Positions 12,481 through 24,812 of a DNA stretch of 64,000 bases are shown piece by piece; position 1 is the first letter of the stretch, and each line of letters starts with the position of its first letter. The stretch spans positions 18,848,001-18,912,000 of the forward strand of contig OX597834.1 in the NCBI GenBank assembly GCA_951406725.2, read 5' to 3'. The notes beneath the pieces are model-generated. The model made no database searches, had not been told where the DNA came from, and worked only from the letters and a program-made list of their open reading frames with translations. The position numbers and the translations under genes were made by a program. This DNA is from Octopus vulgaris (lineage: Eukaryota).

Positions 12481-12992
12481 CCGTAAATCCTCGAGTATAA
12501 TCCGCACTTTTTTCCCAAAATTTAACGGTCAAAATCCCTAGTGCGTACTATATACGAGGTTAAAAGTGAAAATTATTTACTAAGCAATGTCTGAGACTCT
12601 ATTTGCTGTCTGGCAATGTTTATTTAGACACATTTTGTGATGTCGGGCGCGAAAATACCTTAAGCTAAACCTGAAAATAATGAAGTCATAAAAGAATCAT
12701 CCATAACTCGCAGTAAGCAACATTTATTAAACGTTATTACTGTTATTTCTTTATTTTCTGCAAGCAAAATGCACAAAAAAGCTACACGTTTGCATTATGT
12801 TATATATACAATAATAATAAATGATGTTTCCATATACGTTTTTATAAACCAAGGACGTTATATAGACCTCCTTGACTCAAGTTAGAGAAAGGGTGCGTAT
12901 TATACACAAGGTTTAGGTTTTTCAGAGGTACAGCCCCCTAAAAATTCCCTGCGTATTATACTCAAGGGCGGACTATACTCGATGATTTACGG
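12481..12992. mobile_element. Tc1/mariner/pogo-type MITE inserted in Gypsy RT
   Basis: About 25-bp TIRs CCGTAAATCCTCGAGTATAATCCGC / CCGTAAATCATCGAGTATAGTCCGC with a TA duplication; removing it rejoins RT as SFGLHKAANTFQR. Confidence 0.9.
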
Positions 12993-13562
12993 TATGTAAT
13001 CCAAAAGACATTCGAATAAATTCAAACAAACCAAAAGTAGTAGTTATAGCCATCTTAGGAATGTCCGCAGGTTAAATCAGAATCTGGTCACATGCGCACA
13101 CTAAATCGATCTTCGAAAAGCTAGTGCTGTCATATAACAGTGCATAAGAGTCATGAATATGAGAAACAGGATATTTATCTGGTGCTGTTAAAGCATTTAA
13201 ACGTCGATAGTCTCTTCTCTATACTCTGCCTTTCGGCAGAGTATGGAGAGGAAACATTCGGAATCGTACTGGGTATGACTGAGGTGGTGGTTGTTTGCCT
13301 ACCTTAGATTGGCTCTCATCCCGCCCCCAAAAATTTATGATGAAAGGCGTCCTAGGACTACGTTATATGCAATGTGCTTCCGCTTGAAGACAGTAGAGTG
13401 TAATTTAAATGAGATCTGGTTGCAGTTCACTCTCTCTTGTAGGATACATTAAACCCCGGAGGAAAACAAGGGCAAATCCTTTCAGTAATATACCCCCCCA
13501 AAAAAAAAAAAAGGCCATATGGCTCTTTTACAAAGTAGAAAAAAAAAGACTTGATGTTACCT

Positions 13563-13922
13563 TCTCTTACCTTTTACTTGGTTCAATCACTAGACTGCAG
13601 CCATGCTGGAGCATCACCATGAAGAATTTTAGTCGAACGAATCGATTCTAGTACTTATTTTCTTTAAGCTTGATACTTATTCTATTGATTTCTTTTTTTC
13701 CCGAGCCGCGAAGTTATGGGGACGTAAACACACCAACAACGGTTGTCAAGCGATGGTGGGGAACACACACACACCTAGTTTCCGTCTACCAAATTCACTC
13801 ACAAGGCTTTGGCTGGCCCGAAGCGATATTAGAAGACGCTTGCCTAAGATACCATACAGTGGGACTGAACTCGGAACCAAGCGGCTGGAAAGCAAACTTC
13901 TTAGGACACAGCCACGCCTTCG
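13563..13922 (-). mobile_element. SINE family B, diverged
   Basis: Reverse-complement match to family B. Confidence 0.8.
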
Positions 13923-14516
13923 CCTGTTTTATGTATTAGCTATTTCACGAAAACACTTTATAGAAATGTCTATAGACTTCTACATTTAAATATTACAAAT
14001 GCATCTTTTTCGTTTGTAATTAAGATGAAGAAACGTAAAATATGTAAAAATATAAGCAGAATGGAAGACCACCCCCATTCGACCAAATTTCAGCTTTTGC
14101 TCTTTTGAAATTGCAAAAAAAAAAAAAAGAAGAAAAAAGATGAATATTAGATTCACTTCCTGATTCTACCAGCAACAACAACAACAGAATAATTAAAATT
14201 TAAAATCAGTAATAAAACTTGTTTTCGTTAATAATGAATGCAATGATATTTAATTCGTGAAAACTGTTAATTAATTTTACAATATAAAGGAAAGCATCAA
14301 AATGAAATAAAAGTATAAAATAACGTATAAACCGGCAATATGTAAATGAATGTGATATAATGATGATCTCTTCAGTGCTTTTACTCTATAACAATATTGA
14401 TTTCCAAGAGCGGTACAAGGCCGAATATTTATGGAGAATGTAGAATTGATTAAATCGAATCGGTGCATGACTGGTACTTTATTTTATCGTTATCGGTGTG
14501 ACGAAAGGCAAAGTCA

Positions 14517-14997
14517 AAGGCGGCGAGTTGGCAGAAACGTTAGCACGCAGGGCGAAATGCCTTGAGGTATTTCGTCTATGAGAAGGCGGCGAGCTGGCAG
14601 AAACGTTAGCACGTCGGGCGAAATGCTTAGCGGTATTTCGTCTGCCGTTGCGTTCTGAGTTCAAATTCCGCCGAGGTCGACTTTGCCTTTCATCCTTCCG
14701 GGGTCGATTAAATAAATACCAGTTACGTACTGGGGTCGATATAATCGACTTAATCCGTGTGTCTGTCCTTGTTCGTCCCTTCTGTGTTTAGCCCCTTGTG
14801 GGTAGTAAAGAAATAGGTATTTCGTCTGTAATTACGTTCTGAGTTCAAATTCCGCCGAGGTCGACTTTACCTTTCATCCTTTCGGGGTCAATAAATTAAG
14901 TACCAGTTGCGCACTGGGGTCGATATAATCGACTTAATCCCTTTGTCTGTCCTTGTTTGTCCCCTCTGTTTAGTCCCTTGTGGGCAACAAAGAAATA
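14517..14997 (+). mobile_element. SINE family A dimer with duplicated head
   Basis: Heads at about 14517 and 14583; junction AAAGAAATA|GGTATTTCG at 14815/14816. Confidence 0.88.
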
Positions 14998-15136
14998 AGA
15001 AAGGCACTCAACTGAGACAAGATTTGATCTTGGAATATAAAGGACCTTAATGAAATAACGCAAAGCATTATGTGCGATGCCCTGAAGATTTTGACACTTC
15101 ATCGCCTTAAGTTATTTTAATATTGGTATTAAGGCC

Positions 15137-15545
15137 AAGACAGCGAGCTAGCAGAACCGTTAACATGCCGGACAAAATGTTTAGCGGCGTTTCGTCCGTC
15201 TTGAGTTCAAGTTCCACCAAGGTCGATTTTTTTCATCCCTTCAGGGCACCAGTTGAGTACTAGGGTTGGTGTAATCGACTTACCCCTCCCCTGGAACTTG
15301 TTGTCCTTGTGCCAAAATTTGAAACCAATATTCGTATTAAGACTAAGGCGGTGAGCTGGCAGAACCGTTAGCATACTGGACAAAAAGCTTTACGTTTTGA
15401 GTTCAAATTCCGCCGAGGTCGACTTTGCCTTTCATCCTTTCCAGATTGATAAAATAAGTACCAGTTGAGCACTGGCGTCGATATAATCGACTTTCCCTCC
15501 CTCCCCACGAACTTGCTGGTATTGTGCCAAAATTTGAAACCAATA
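15137..15545 (+). mobile_element. Two adjacent family A2 SINEs
   Basis: Two head-domain-tail copies, each ending GTGCCAAAATTTGAAACCAATATT. Confidence 0.75.
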
Positions 15546-17404
15546 TTGGTACGAAGACAGTTTTCATTTGTTAAACAATTTTGTCGAATTGTTTGTTGAT
15601 TAGCTGTTGATTGAGCTGATCAATTTCTTTCTTTCTCGTCGTGTCCACAGAGGAATGGCAAAAGGATTGTGGACCGCAAGGAAACGCTCGTTTCTTGGAG
15701 TCTTCACGTCACCAATTTGGAGAGAAACGGGGATCGGCCTCAATACTAATAAGCACTAAGTTTATTGATCTTGAAAGAATGAAAAGCAAAGTTGTTTGTA
15801 CTCAGTAAAATTGAGCTCAGAGATCCAAGACAGATATGGCGAGGTTTTCTACTCGATGCTATTATAATTCTACTATAATTAGTCACTGTTATGGAAACAC
15901 TCAGAAAAACTTTTAAGAGATTTATTAAAGTAAAATACTTAGATTTCAAAACCAGGAGATCCGCCTCGTATAGTTTAGAGACAGTTCTGTGCTGTCGTGT
16001 AACCGTGAGACCTACTTGAGAGTTTAATATTCATTAGTTAACATTAATAACACACAGCTCAAATTTGATAAGTGATACAACCTTAAAATGAATCATAAAG
16101 AACGATTTTAAGATACCAATCAATACTTAATACAATTATCACAGTCACCTAGCATATCTATGGTCAAAAGGCGTTCTAGCCGCAACGTTACGTATTTTTT
16201 TTATAGGAAGCGATTTGGCAAGGTCGTTCGTGACTCGGATCCATTCACATTCTTTGCGCTCTCACTTTAAATTCTACGGCCGTCAATTTGGCCCCAGGCG
16301 AAGATGTTTTCCGTTTGGTTGTCATTTTCAATTTATCCAATTTTGTTCCAATTGATTTCAAATTTGGTATATTGGTGTAGTTTTGTATGCTAATTATTGA
16401 TATGAAATTCGTTTTCGCCATAAGTCAATGAATAAACCGTTAATAGCTTTTAAAATTTGCAAATTTTTGATAATTTTAGCCAATCGAAAGCCACAGACAT
16501 TTAGGTGCTTGTTTCCATAGTAACAAACCAAGCGTTGGAATTCTTGTTTACGAAAAACCACGAATGTTTTCCAGCTTGAACCCATCTGTTGCTGTTTTTG
16601 GATAGTTTACGTTGCATTTTCGATACCCACCTTTTGAATGCTTAAAACTACAAAATATGTGTTGTTTACCCGTTTTTTTTCTTTTGGTGATTTTCTGCGT
16701 ATTAAATGCTTAAAACGCGTGCTATCGCATTAGTGTTGACATCATTTTGTCGTCTTAAGATTGCAGCCATGCACAAAATGACAGCTTTCAAATCCTGTTT
16801 TCTGACAAGGTAAAAATGATCAAACTTTAAAACACAGTAACTTTTTAAATTAATTTTTCAGGAACAGGTGAATTAGTCCCTGAGATTCAACGTGAAAAAT
16901 TACATCAATACATCAAATTTGAAGATTTTTCACTTCATTTTAAAATTTCAAAAAGTGCAGTGAAGCATAAAATATCCGATCATTTCAATTTTGAGTCATG
17001 GAACCCGAATAAAAAATTATATATTCCGAAAATCACATGAATTTTTTTGAGAAATTAACAAGGAAAAAAAATTACAAATCGTTCAAGATTGAAATTTTTG
17101 TAATATATAACGCAAGTAGTAAGCGATAGTCATTCTAGAAATAGAGGGTATTGAAGTGGGGGATGCAGCATGGCTCAGGAAGAAGAACGATTGCAATCAC
17201 ATCAGTTTAGTCGAGCTAGATGCTGTGTTGCATCTGGCGCTGAGATGGGGACAGCACATTATCGAGATTGGGACTGATTCGACTACGGTTTGTGGGTGGG
17301 TGAGGTCTGATTATCTTGCTTGTTGTTTTCTTCGCTAGGTTTTTCTCTCTATTTTTCTATTTCCTTCTTTCTTATTTCTTTTGTACTCTCCGTCTCTCTA
17401 TCAC

Positions 17405-17946
17405 CGTGATCACCGTGACCGACCAGGCTATCAGATGTTGCAACACACCGCTGGTCACAATGCGCTTCGCATTGTTTTAGCCTTCAAATGACGCCACCCC
17501 GCTGGCTAAGCGAGCAGGCCAACAGAAGAAAGAGTGAGAGAAAGTTGTGGCGAAAGAGTACAACAGGGATCGCCACCATCCCCTCAAAGAACTTTAGGTG
17601 TTTTCACTCAATAAACACTCACAACGCCTGGTCTGAGAATCGGAACCGCGATCCTACAACCTATTTCTTTATTACCCACAAGGGGCTAAACACAGAGGCG
17701 ACAAACAAGGACAGACATAGGTATTAAGTCGATTACATCGACCCCAGAGCGTAACTGGTACTTAATTTATCGACCCCGAAAGGATGAAAGGCAAAGTCGA
17801 CCTCGGCGGAATTTGAACTCACAACGTAACGCAGACGAAATACCGCTAAGCATTTCGCCCGGCGTGCTAACGTTTCTGCCAACTCGCCGCCGCGATCCTA
17901 CAACCGCGAGTCCGCTGCCCTAACCACTAGGCCATTGCGCCTCCAC
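17405..17946 (-). mobile_element. SINE family D (tRNA-like head) with a nested family A SINE at 17662-17889
   Basis: Head GGAGGCGCAATGGCCTAGTGGTTAGGGCAGCGGACTCGCG; the nested copy is flanked by a 16-bp TSD CCGCGATCCTACAACC (17646-17661, 17890-17905). Confidence 0.85.
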
Positions 17947-17959
17947 ACACACACACATC

Positions 17960-18250
17960 CCCCACTCTAGCTCTTTCTTTCCGTCTAATCACTCACGTTC
18001 TCTTCCCTTATTTCTGTTTGTCTTCTGCTTCTCTTTCTCTCTATCTCCCTTGCTCCTCTTTTTTTTTCTTTCAAATTCTCTCTTCTCACTCCTTTTTATC
18101 TTACTTTCCCTCGCCATTTCGTCTTCCGTTTATTATTTTTCTATTTCTTTCCCCTCCCTTTTCGTTTTCTCTATTTTTCACCTCTTTCTCTTCATCCTCA
18201 ACCCACCCTCGTCGTGACCGCAACTAAAATAATTGCCACTCGATGTAAGT
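17960..18250 (+). promoter_or_regulatory. Possible promoter or first exon of a plus-strand gene
   Basis: Polypyrimidine tract, then CpG-containing unique sequence and a GAT|GTAAGT donor at 18244/18245, near the edge of the CpG-retaining domain. Confidence 0.2.
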
Positions 18251-19135
18251 CATGTCTTCACCCAGGTGGAGAGTCTCTTAAAAAATCCATCATTCACAGA
18301 TATCATAGAAGTATTAATCGTCTTACCATTTGTTAATTGTTCGTCTGTGACGGCGGTGAATTGTTTAAATTATCTGGGTCACAGGTGGCTAATTTTGATC
18401 CAACACGTTCGTATCGTTGCCGTCTTGAACTGCTTGTTGTTACTTTGTAATGATAATGAGGTGGTAGTGGTGGAGATGAAGACAGTATTTGTAACAAGTC
18501 GGTTTGATGCTGACGGCGGAGATCGTTACCGTACTGTTTTCAATAAGACAATAATTCTTGTTTCTGGCCCGGATCGTACAGACCTATAACTAAAAGCATT
18601 CCAGCAGGAATTATCCCATTTTAAAAAATTTATTTTTCATACATAATATTTCAAGGGCTACATTATCCAGTGTGTCCCTATTTTTTGTTTTTGTTATTGA
18701 AAAAGACTTTGTTGATGCGATGTGTGAAAGATTTGGCGGTTATTTTTTTGCCGCGTAGAGGTTCATAACGGTTCTTGCGGTGGTGATGGTGGAAAGAGAG
18801 AAATTTAAAAGGACTATAAGAATGACGTACTCTGTAGTGGTTGTGTCCGCAGCTACGTGGTTCCAGGTTCGAGTCCAAAGCGCAACACCTGTCGTGTGTA
18901 TGTGTACAGTACAATCTTAAGGCCTGTGTACACTGGGCAGTTGCCCAGGGGCCCCCACGGGTCTAGGGACCTAATTTTGATCCGTTTATGATGTGGCTTG
19001 CTGTCAGTAAATAACTACGATAGGGACCAATGTGGGGCCCACAATACTGCTAAGACGGCTCCGTGTGTGTGTGAGTGTGTGATAGATGAATCTAGATCCT
19101 TCTGGAATATTTCCCTACAAGAGTTATATAAATTG

Positions 19136-19346
19136 TGAGGTATATTTGCCATCTCAATATGGCTAACCACTAAGGGTGGGTGTTACTGTAGCTTTTAACC
19201 CCAGGAGAACATCTCCTCCAGCTGGCTTTAGACACAAAAAGAAAGTGTGTCTAAAGCCAGCAGGAGGAGATGTTCTCCTGGGGCTACAAGCTACAGTAAC
19301 ACCCACTCTTAGTGGTTAGCCATATTGAGATGGCAAATATACCTCA
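19136..19346. repeat. Fold-back palindromic element (arms about 100 bp, loop about 10 nt)
   Basis: TGAGGTATATTTGCCATC...GATGGCAAATATACCTCA with near-perfect arms. Confidence 0.88.
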
Positions 19347-19401
19347 TATTGTCATGCAGTGACTGTCTATACCTCGTTCAGAGATTTATTATTGCTTGCA
19401 G

Positions 19402-19452
19402 ACAGTTATATAAAGGCTTGTTTTTAACGCCAACTTTCAGAATGCATGTTAA
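19402..19452 (+). other. Candidate small exon (UTR or start-containing)
   Basis: ttgcttgcag acceptor and AA|gtaagt donor, 51 nt; one open frame QLYKGLFLTPTFRMHV. Confidence 0.25.
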
Positions 19453-19469
19453 GTAAGTAAAATCCCAAA

Positions 19470-20140
19470 CTGGCGGCTGGAATGGAAGGCCAATATGCTG
19501 CTGTGGGTGTCACTGGATGATAGACTCTGGTGATGATGTTATTCCATGCTTTATAATCCATGGTGCCGGCCTTAACATGCTTAAAATTGGGGTGATATGA
19601 CTTCAGGTCATCCTCAATTTGTTTTGCCCTATATCTTCTTTGGTGTGCTGTGCTGGATTTTCCAGTATAAAAGTTTGTGTGGTAGTCTTCTGGTGGTCAT
19701 CTTGCAGATGTGGCTAAGTCAGTGTAGCCTGCACTGCTGGACTTGGTCTTCAGTGGCATTGTCCTTGGATGTTGTTGAGATTCAGTCGCATAGACAGACA
19801 CCATGGATCTGATGAAGACATCGCATTTGAAACACCATATGCTTGTTTGGGTTCTGTTTGAGGATGGACTAGATCTCAGCACTATAAAGGAGAACAGACA
19901 AAGCCAGCATGTGGAAATGACAGATCTTGGTCCTTGGGGAGATTTTGGGATTCTTCCAGATACACCATCCAAGCGATGTAAATGTAGGAGTCACAGACCT
20001 GACTTGGCAGTTGATCTCCGCTGTTGGTGCCATTGTCTTCTGCACAAAACCAGCTACACAAACACTCTCTTGCCGTTTATAATAGTTGTTTTGGTGACTT
20101 TTTTCTTAGCTTGGAGATGACAAGTTGGCTGAAATCAATC
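19470..20140 (-). mobile_element. Decayed RTE-clade LINE RT 3' region
   Basis: IWKNPKISPRTKI..LSVLLYSAEI, FQMRCLHQIHGV and RLH*LSHICKM..RLPHKLLYW are typical RTE C-terminal motifs. Confidence 0.8.
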
Positions 20141-20179
20141 TACCACATATATTTTCTCCTGTCTTGACAAACTTTGGCT

Positions 20180-20407
20180 GAACTCTTTCGTTACTAACAT
20201 GGCTGAAACTGGCTCTGGCTCCGAGTACAAATGTCTTGTTTTCATAAGTTTTGAATTAAAATCTTCCACCAAATTTTAGTCACAATTTATGTTCCTAACA
20301 GTTGCTTAATGATAACTAAGTTATTTTACTAAATTCTTTGTTATATTTAAAATTAATTGAAAGAAATACAAAGCATCTCAAAATAAATACAGTAACGAAA
20401 GGGTTAA
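20180..20407. mobile_element. piggyBac-type MITE (family 2)
   Basis: AACTCTTTCGTTACT / AGTAACGAAAGGGTTAA inverted termini; a related end lies at about 110-165. Confidence 0.7.
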
Positions 20408-20630
20408 CATTCTCCTTTCCTGCTGGAATGGGCTGGATGATTTGACAGGAGCTGGCCAGGTAGGACCCTGCACCATGTTTCTGAGTCTGTTTTGGCATGG
20501 TTTTTTTTATGGCTGGATGCCCTTCCTAACACCAACCACTCCACAAAGTGGGCTGAGTGCTTTTTACATGGCACCAGCACAGGCAAGGTCAATTTTGGTA
20601 TGATGTTTACTGCTGGATACCCTTCCAAAT
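20408..20630 (-). mobile_element. SINE family C fragment
   Basis: GGCTGGATGCCCTTCCTAACACCAACCAC block. Confidence 0.7.
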
Positions 20631-20967
20631 GCCAACTACTTATACAAAGGCAATCCTTTGGAGATGGTATATCAAAACTGAAATTATTTTTTTAAGCAAT
20701 TTCTATAAAAAGATTTTATTTTATAATTTTTTTCAGCTGAATCTTTTAGGTTTATCTATTTTTTTTGTGTATGTGTTTGTGTGTGCATGTATGTCTATTT
20801 GTGCATGTAACTATATGTTTGTATACATACTCAAATATACATACTTGCATGTAAATTCATATATATATATATATATATGGGGAGAGTTTACGAAAAAAAC
20901 AAAAGACGAAGACAGGTGGTGTACAAAACAAACAGATGTATTAGTATAATGCTCAGGAATAGAAAAA

Positions 20968-21009
20968 GTCTTTTACGTTTCGAGCCTACGCTTTTCTACA
21001 GAAAGGGAC
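20968..21009 (-). ncRNA. Minimal Penelope-type hammerhead-like motif with a core substitution, inside a short unique-looking segment 20879-21058
   Basis: CTTT-CTGTAGA-A-AAGC(GTAG)GCTC-GAA-ACGT-A-AAAG; A6 is replaced by T. Confidence 0.45.
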
Positions 21010-21809
21010 ACAGAAAAAACAAGGAGAGAAAAAAATGTGTGTAGTGGCTAATGATCTATATATATATATATATACACTCACACACACACAAATTCACATA
21101 AATATACACAAATATACATACATGCATATAACCACATACATATACTTACCATACATAAATAGACATACATGCATTCACAAAAAGTACATAAACATAGGTG
21201 ATTGAACTGAAAGAAATACAAATTTTTTTATCGAAATTACCAAAGAAGTAGTTTCAGTTTTGATATACTCCCTCTGAAGGATCACCAAAGATACACTACA
21301 ACCAGGTACCTGGTTATTGAAATTTTCCCTTTTTTATGACTGACACCAATTTATGTTAACTCTATTCTCACCATCATAAATGCGGTAACTCGGTGATTAG
21401 TTGCAGGAAATCTCTAACCAGGGATACTAAAGTACACCTATTGCAATAGAAAATAAAAGCTAAATTAAAGTATGTGATAGTAAGATGGCGAAGGTAGGTA
21501 TAAAACGAATTGGCAGCCGCAAAGTGTGAGAAGATAACAGATATACAAATGGATATATTCTTATATGGATAATAGATTAATTTGATTATTTATTAAACGG
21601 CTGATAGACAACTAGATAAACGGCTAGATGAGAAATTTGATAGATGTATGAATGGATAGAAAATGTATGAACAGCTTGCGAAATAGTGATGAAATTAAGT
21701 AACGAATAGATAACGTGCTACAAAGACGGGAAGGTAGACGGCAGAATTTAAGAATAACATCGACTAATCAGATGAGGAATGGACAAATTTTCACACAAGT
21801 ACACTCATA

Positions 21810-21827
21810 CATACATACTTGCATGTA

Positions 21828-21860
<33 letters not shown>

Positions 21861-22115
21861 GTATGTATATGTATGTATGTATATATATATATATATATAT
21901 ATCATTTAGCGTCCACTATATATATATGTATATATATATGTGTATATATATATGTATATATATATGTGTATATATATGTATATATATGTATATATATGTA
22001 TATATATATATATATATATCATTTAGCGTCCACTATATATATATGTATATATATATGTGTATATATATATGTATATATATATGTGTATATATATGTATAT
22101 ATATGTATATATATG

Positions 22116-22146
<31 letters not shown>

Positions 22147-22262
22147 GTGTATATATATGTGTACATATATATGTATATATATATGTGTATATATATATGT
22201 GTATATATATATGTATATACATATATATGCACACATGCATATATATGTATGTATGTATATGT
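21810..22262. repeat. Compound (TA)n/(TATG)n microsatellite with an internal duplication
   Basis: ATCATTTAGCGTCCACTA occurs twice (about 21901 and 22018) within TA-rich repeats. Confidence 0.95.
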
Positions 22263-22733
22263 AATTTTGTGGGTATATAGATATACTTTGTTTCATGTAC
22301 ATATAATGGATTATGGCGAGTGGTTTTGGCTAGATTGCAGATATAATGGTTGATCAGTTCTGCATTCTCCATGCTGCTGTGATCAATGAAAATCTTTAGT
22401 CTTTGAAGTATTTTGTGAAATTCAATATTACTCAGAAATTTTCAAAATTGAAATCTTGCAGCATGTCTAATTTTTTCTTCCATAAATAGAAATAATTTTT
22501 GTTGTTACTATTCTCCGTTTTCTCTTCTTACTTTCCACATTATGTCTTGGGTATATCATGAAGCATCAAATCCAAAGACAGCCCAGAGTTACGTGTAATT
22601 ACGATAAAATTAATTTAACTTCAGGCGTAGCAGCGGCTGTGTGGTAAGTAGCTTGCTTACCAATCACATGGTTCCGGGTTCAGTACTTGATATAAATAAA
22701 TCTATCTCTGTGCAATGTTGAAAGAGTAAAAGA

Positions 22734-23115
22734 CCTGTTTCCCTGGACATGGATTCACTGAAGCTCCAGCGTCTGGCGACGGACTTGGTAAACACCCACA
22801 AAGTTATCAACCACCTCACCAACAACAACACTGAACACCTTTTTGATCTCCATGTGTCTAACATACGTGGACATGCCTACAAAGTCAGAAAGCAACACAG
22901 CTCCCATGACTTTCGGAAACATTTTTTCACGCTCAGAGTTGCTGAAGCATGGAATAAACTGCCTGCGTCAGTTGTTGACTGCCATGACACTGCATCCTTT
23001 AAGGCCCTCATGTTTTCCGAAATCTGCCGAAACTACACCTGATTATATATACACTTTAGATGAGTTGTAGTGCACCTGAGCACTGTACACAATTATTATT
23101 ATTATTATTATTATT
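22734..23115 (+). mobile_element. CR1-group LINE 3' end with (ATT)n tail
   Basis: SLKLQRLATDL..IRGHAYKV..RKHFFTLRVAEAWNKLPASVV..FK is a CR1/L2-type C-terminus; shorter copies on the minus strand at about 46072-46345 and 49845-49960. Confidence 0.88.
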
Positions 23116-23345
23116 TTTCCTACCCTGTACTTTCCAAGACATCTCCAGGTGTTCCAATCAGTACCAACTCTGGCATTAAAGTCACCAAGCAAAGTAATTT
23201 TATTAAAATTGACTATATCACACAAACATTCTTCTAAAGCTTCATAAAATCTGAGTTTTGCTTCTTCCCTGCTATCTAGAGTTGGGGCATATGTACTTAG
23301 AATTGTCGCATTGCGATCATCTCATAATTTCATGCCATGATTCTC
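23116..23345 (-). mobile_element. RTE/BovB-like AP-endonuclease fragment
   Basis: ATILSTYAPTLDSREEAKLRFYEAL...LLGDFNARVGTD..W..LGKYRVGK. Confidence 0.88.
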
Positions 23346-23369
23346 TCTTTAATACTCATTGCATCTATT

Positions 23370-23611
23370 TATAACATATACATGTATATACGTAAATGTA
23401 TATATCATATGTATATATGTAAATGTATATGTATGTACATTTGTATGTATATGAAAATGTATATGTATATACATTTGTTTATATATATATATGTAAATGT
23501 ATATGTATGCACATTTGTATATATATATAAAAGTATTTGTATGTACATTTGTATATATATGTACATTTGTATATATATATATGTAAAAGTATCTGTATGT
23601 ACATTTGTATA

Positions 23612-23650
<39 letters not shown>

Positions 23651-23702
23651 TATATATATATATACACATTTGTATTTGTATATATATATACACACATTTG
23701 TG

Positions 23703-23733
<31 letters not shown>

Positions 23734-23736
23734 TTG

Positions 23737-23767
<31 letters not shown>

Positions 23768-23770
23768 TTG

Positions 23771-23801
<31 letters not shown>

Positions 23802-24112
23802 TTGTGTATATATATATATATATATATACACACATTTGTATATATATATATATACATACACATTTGTATATATATATATACACAATTGTATATATATAAA
23901 TACATATATATATGTAAATGTATATATATATGTTTGTGTACACACACACACACACACACACACATACATATATACATGGATATGTATATAAATCTATGTA
24001 TAGATGTATGTGCATGTAATTGTATATATGAATGTATATGTATGTAGGCACACATATATGAATGTATATATATATATACACTTGTGTCTACACACACACA
24101 CACGTATATATG
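23370..24112. repeat. Compound TA-rich microsatellite (ACATTTG + (TA)n units)
   Basis: Direct inspection. Confidence 0.95.
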
Positions 24113-24483
24113 AAGAAGAAAATGTAGTATAATTTTTGAATTTTGCATGATTAATATATAATTTCAATGTATAATGAATTCTGATAAAAACAGAGTTGTG
24201 AATTTATATTTCTCATTCTACATATTACCTACTAATGAAAATTATAAACTTATTCAGCTATGAATATTTCTTTCATCTCGGCTTGAGTAAGTCTTGATGA
24301 ACTATGTGAATTATAATTCAGGAAATTGAAAATAGCTTCTTAAAACGAATATTGGAAAGAGATAGACATAAGATGTTTTCTTTTTATTCAATCTGTAAAT
24401 ACGATGGACAAAAAAAACAAAAAAACTCAGAAAAAGCAAGATAAATTATGCTAAGAATACATGCATATTTCAAATGAAATGAT

Positions 24484-24532
24484 TATATATATATATATGA
24501 TTATATATATATATATATGCACATATAAATAC

Positions 24533-24573
<41 letters not shown>

Positions 24574-24648
24574 TATAAATACAGATATATATATATATAT
24601 ATGCACATATAAATACAGATATATATATATATATGCACATATAAATAC

Positions 24649-24693
<45 letters not shown>

Positions 24694-24702
24694 TATAAAT
24701 AC

Positions 24703-24747
<45 letters not shown>

Positions 24748-24812
24748 AATACAGATATATATATATATATGCACATATAAATACAGATATATATATATAT
24801 ATACATATATAT
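24484..24812. repeat. Minisatellite GCACATATAAATACAGA + variable (TA)n, about 7 copies
   Basis: Direct inspection. Confidence 0.95.

Larger units (their letters stand above)
10055..13220 (-). mobile_element. Decayed Ty3/Gypsy LTR retrotransposon pol (RT, RNase H region, integrase)
   Basis: RT: DYRRLNA..DKYP, FSKIDL, DIPKMAITTTFGLFEFIRMSFGL, FAYIDDLLIAS, KCVFGVSSITFLGH. Integrase: [35 protein letters not shown] and C-terminal YTGP. Many stops and frameshifts; no LTR recognised. Confidence 0.93.

Noticed and set aside
16200-17110. CpG-containing segment resembling a non-autonomous DNA transposon (similarly 7410-7760)
   Set aside because: I could not identify TIRs, a TSD or a second copy in the window.
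24519-24790. Constant 17-nt repeat with variable spacers (CRISPR-like look)
   Set aside because: The spacers are only (TA)n of different lengths: a slippage minisatellite.
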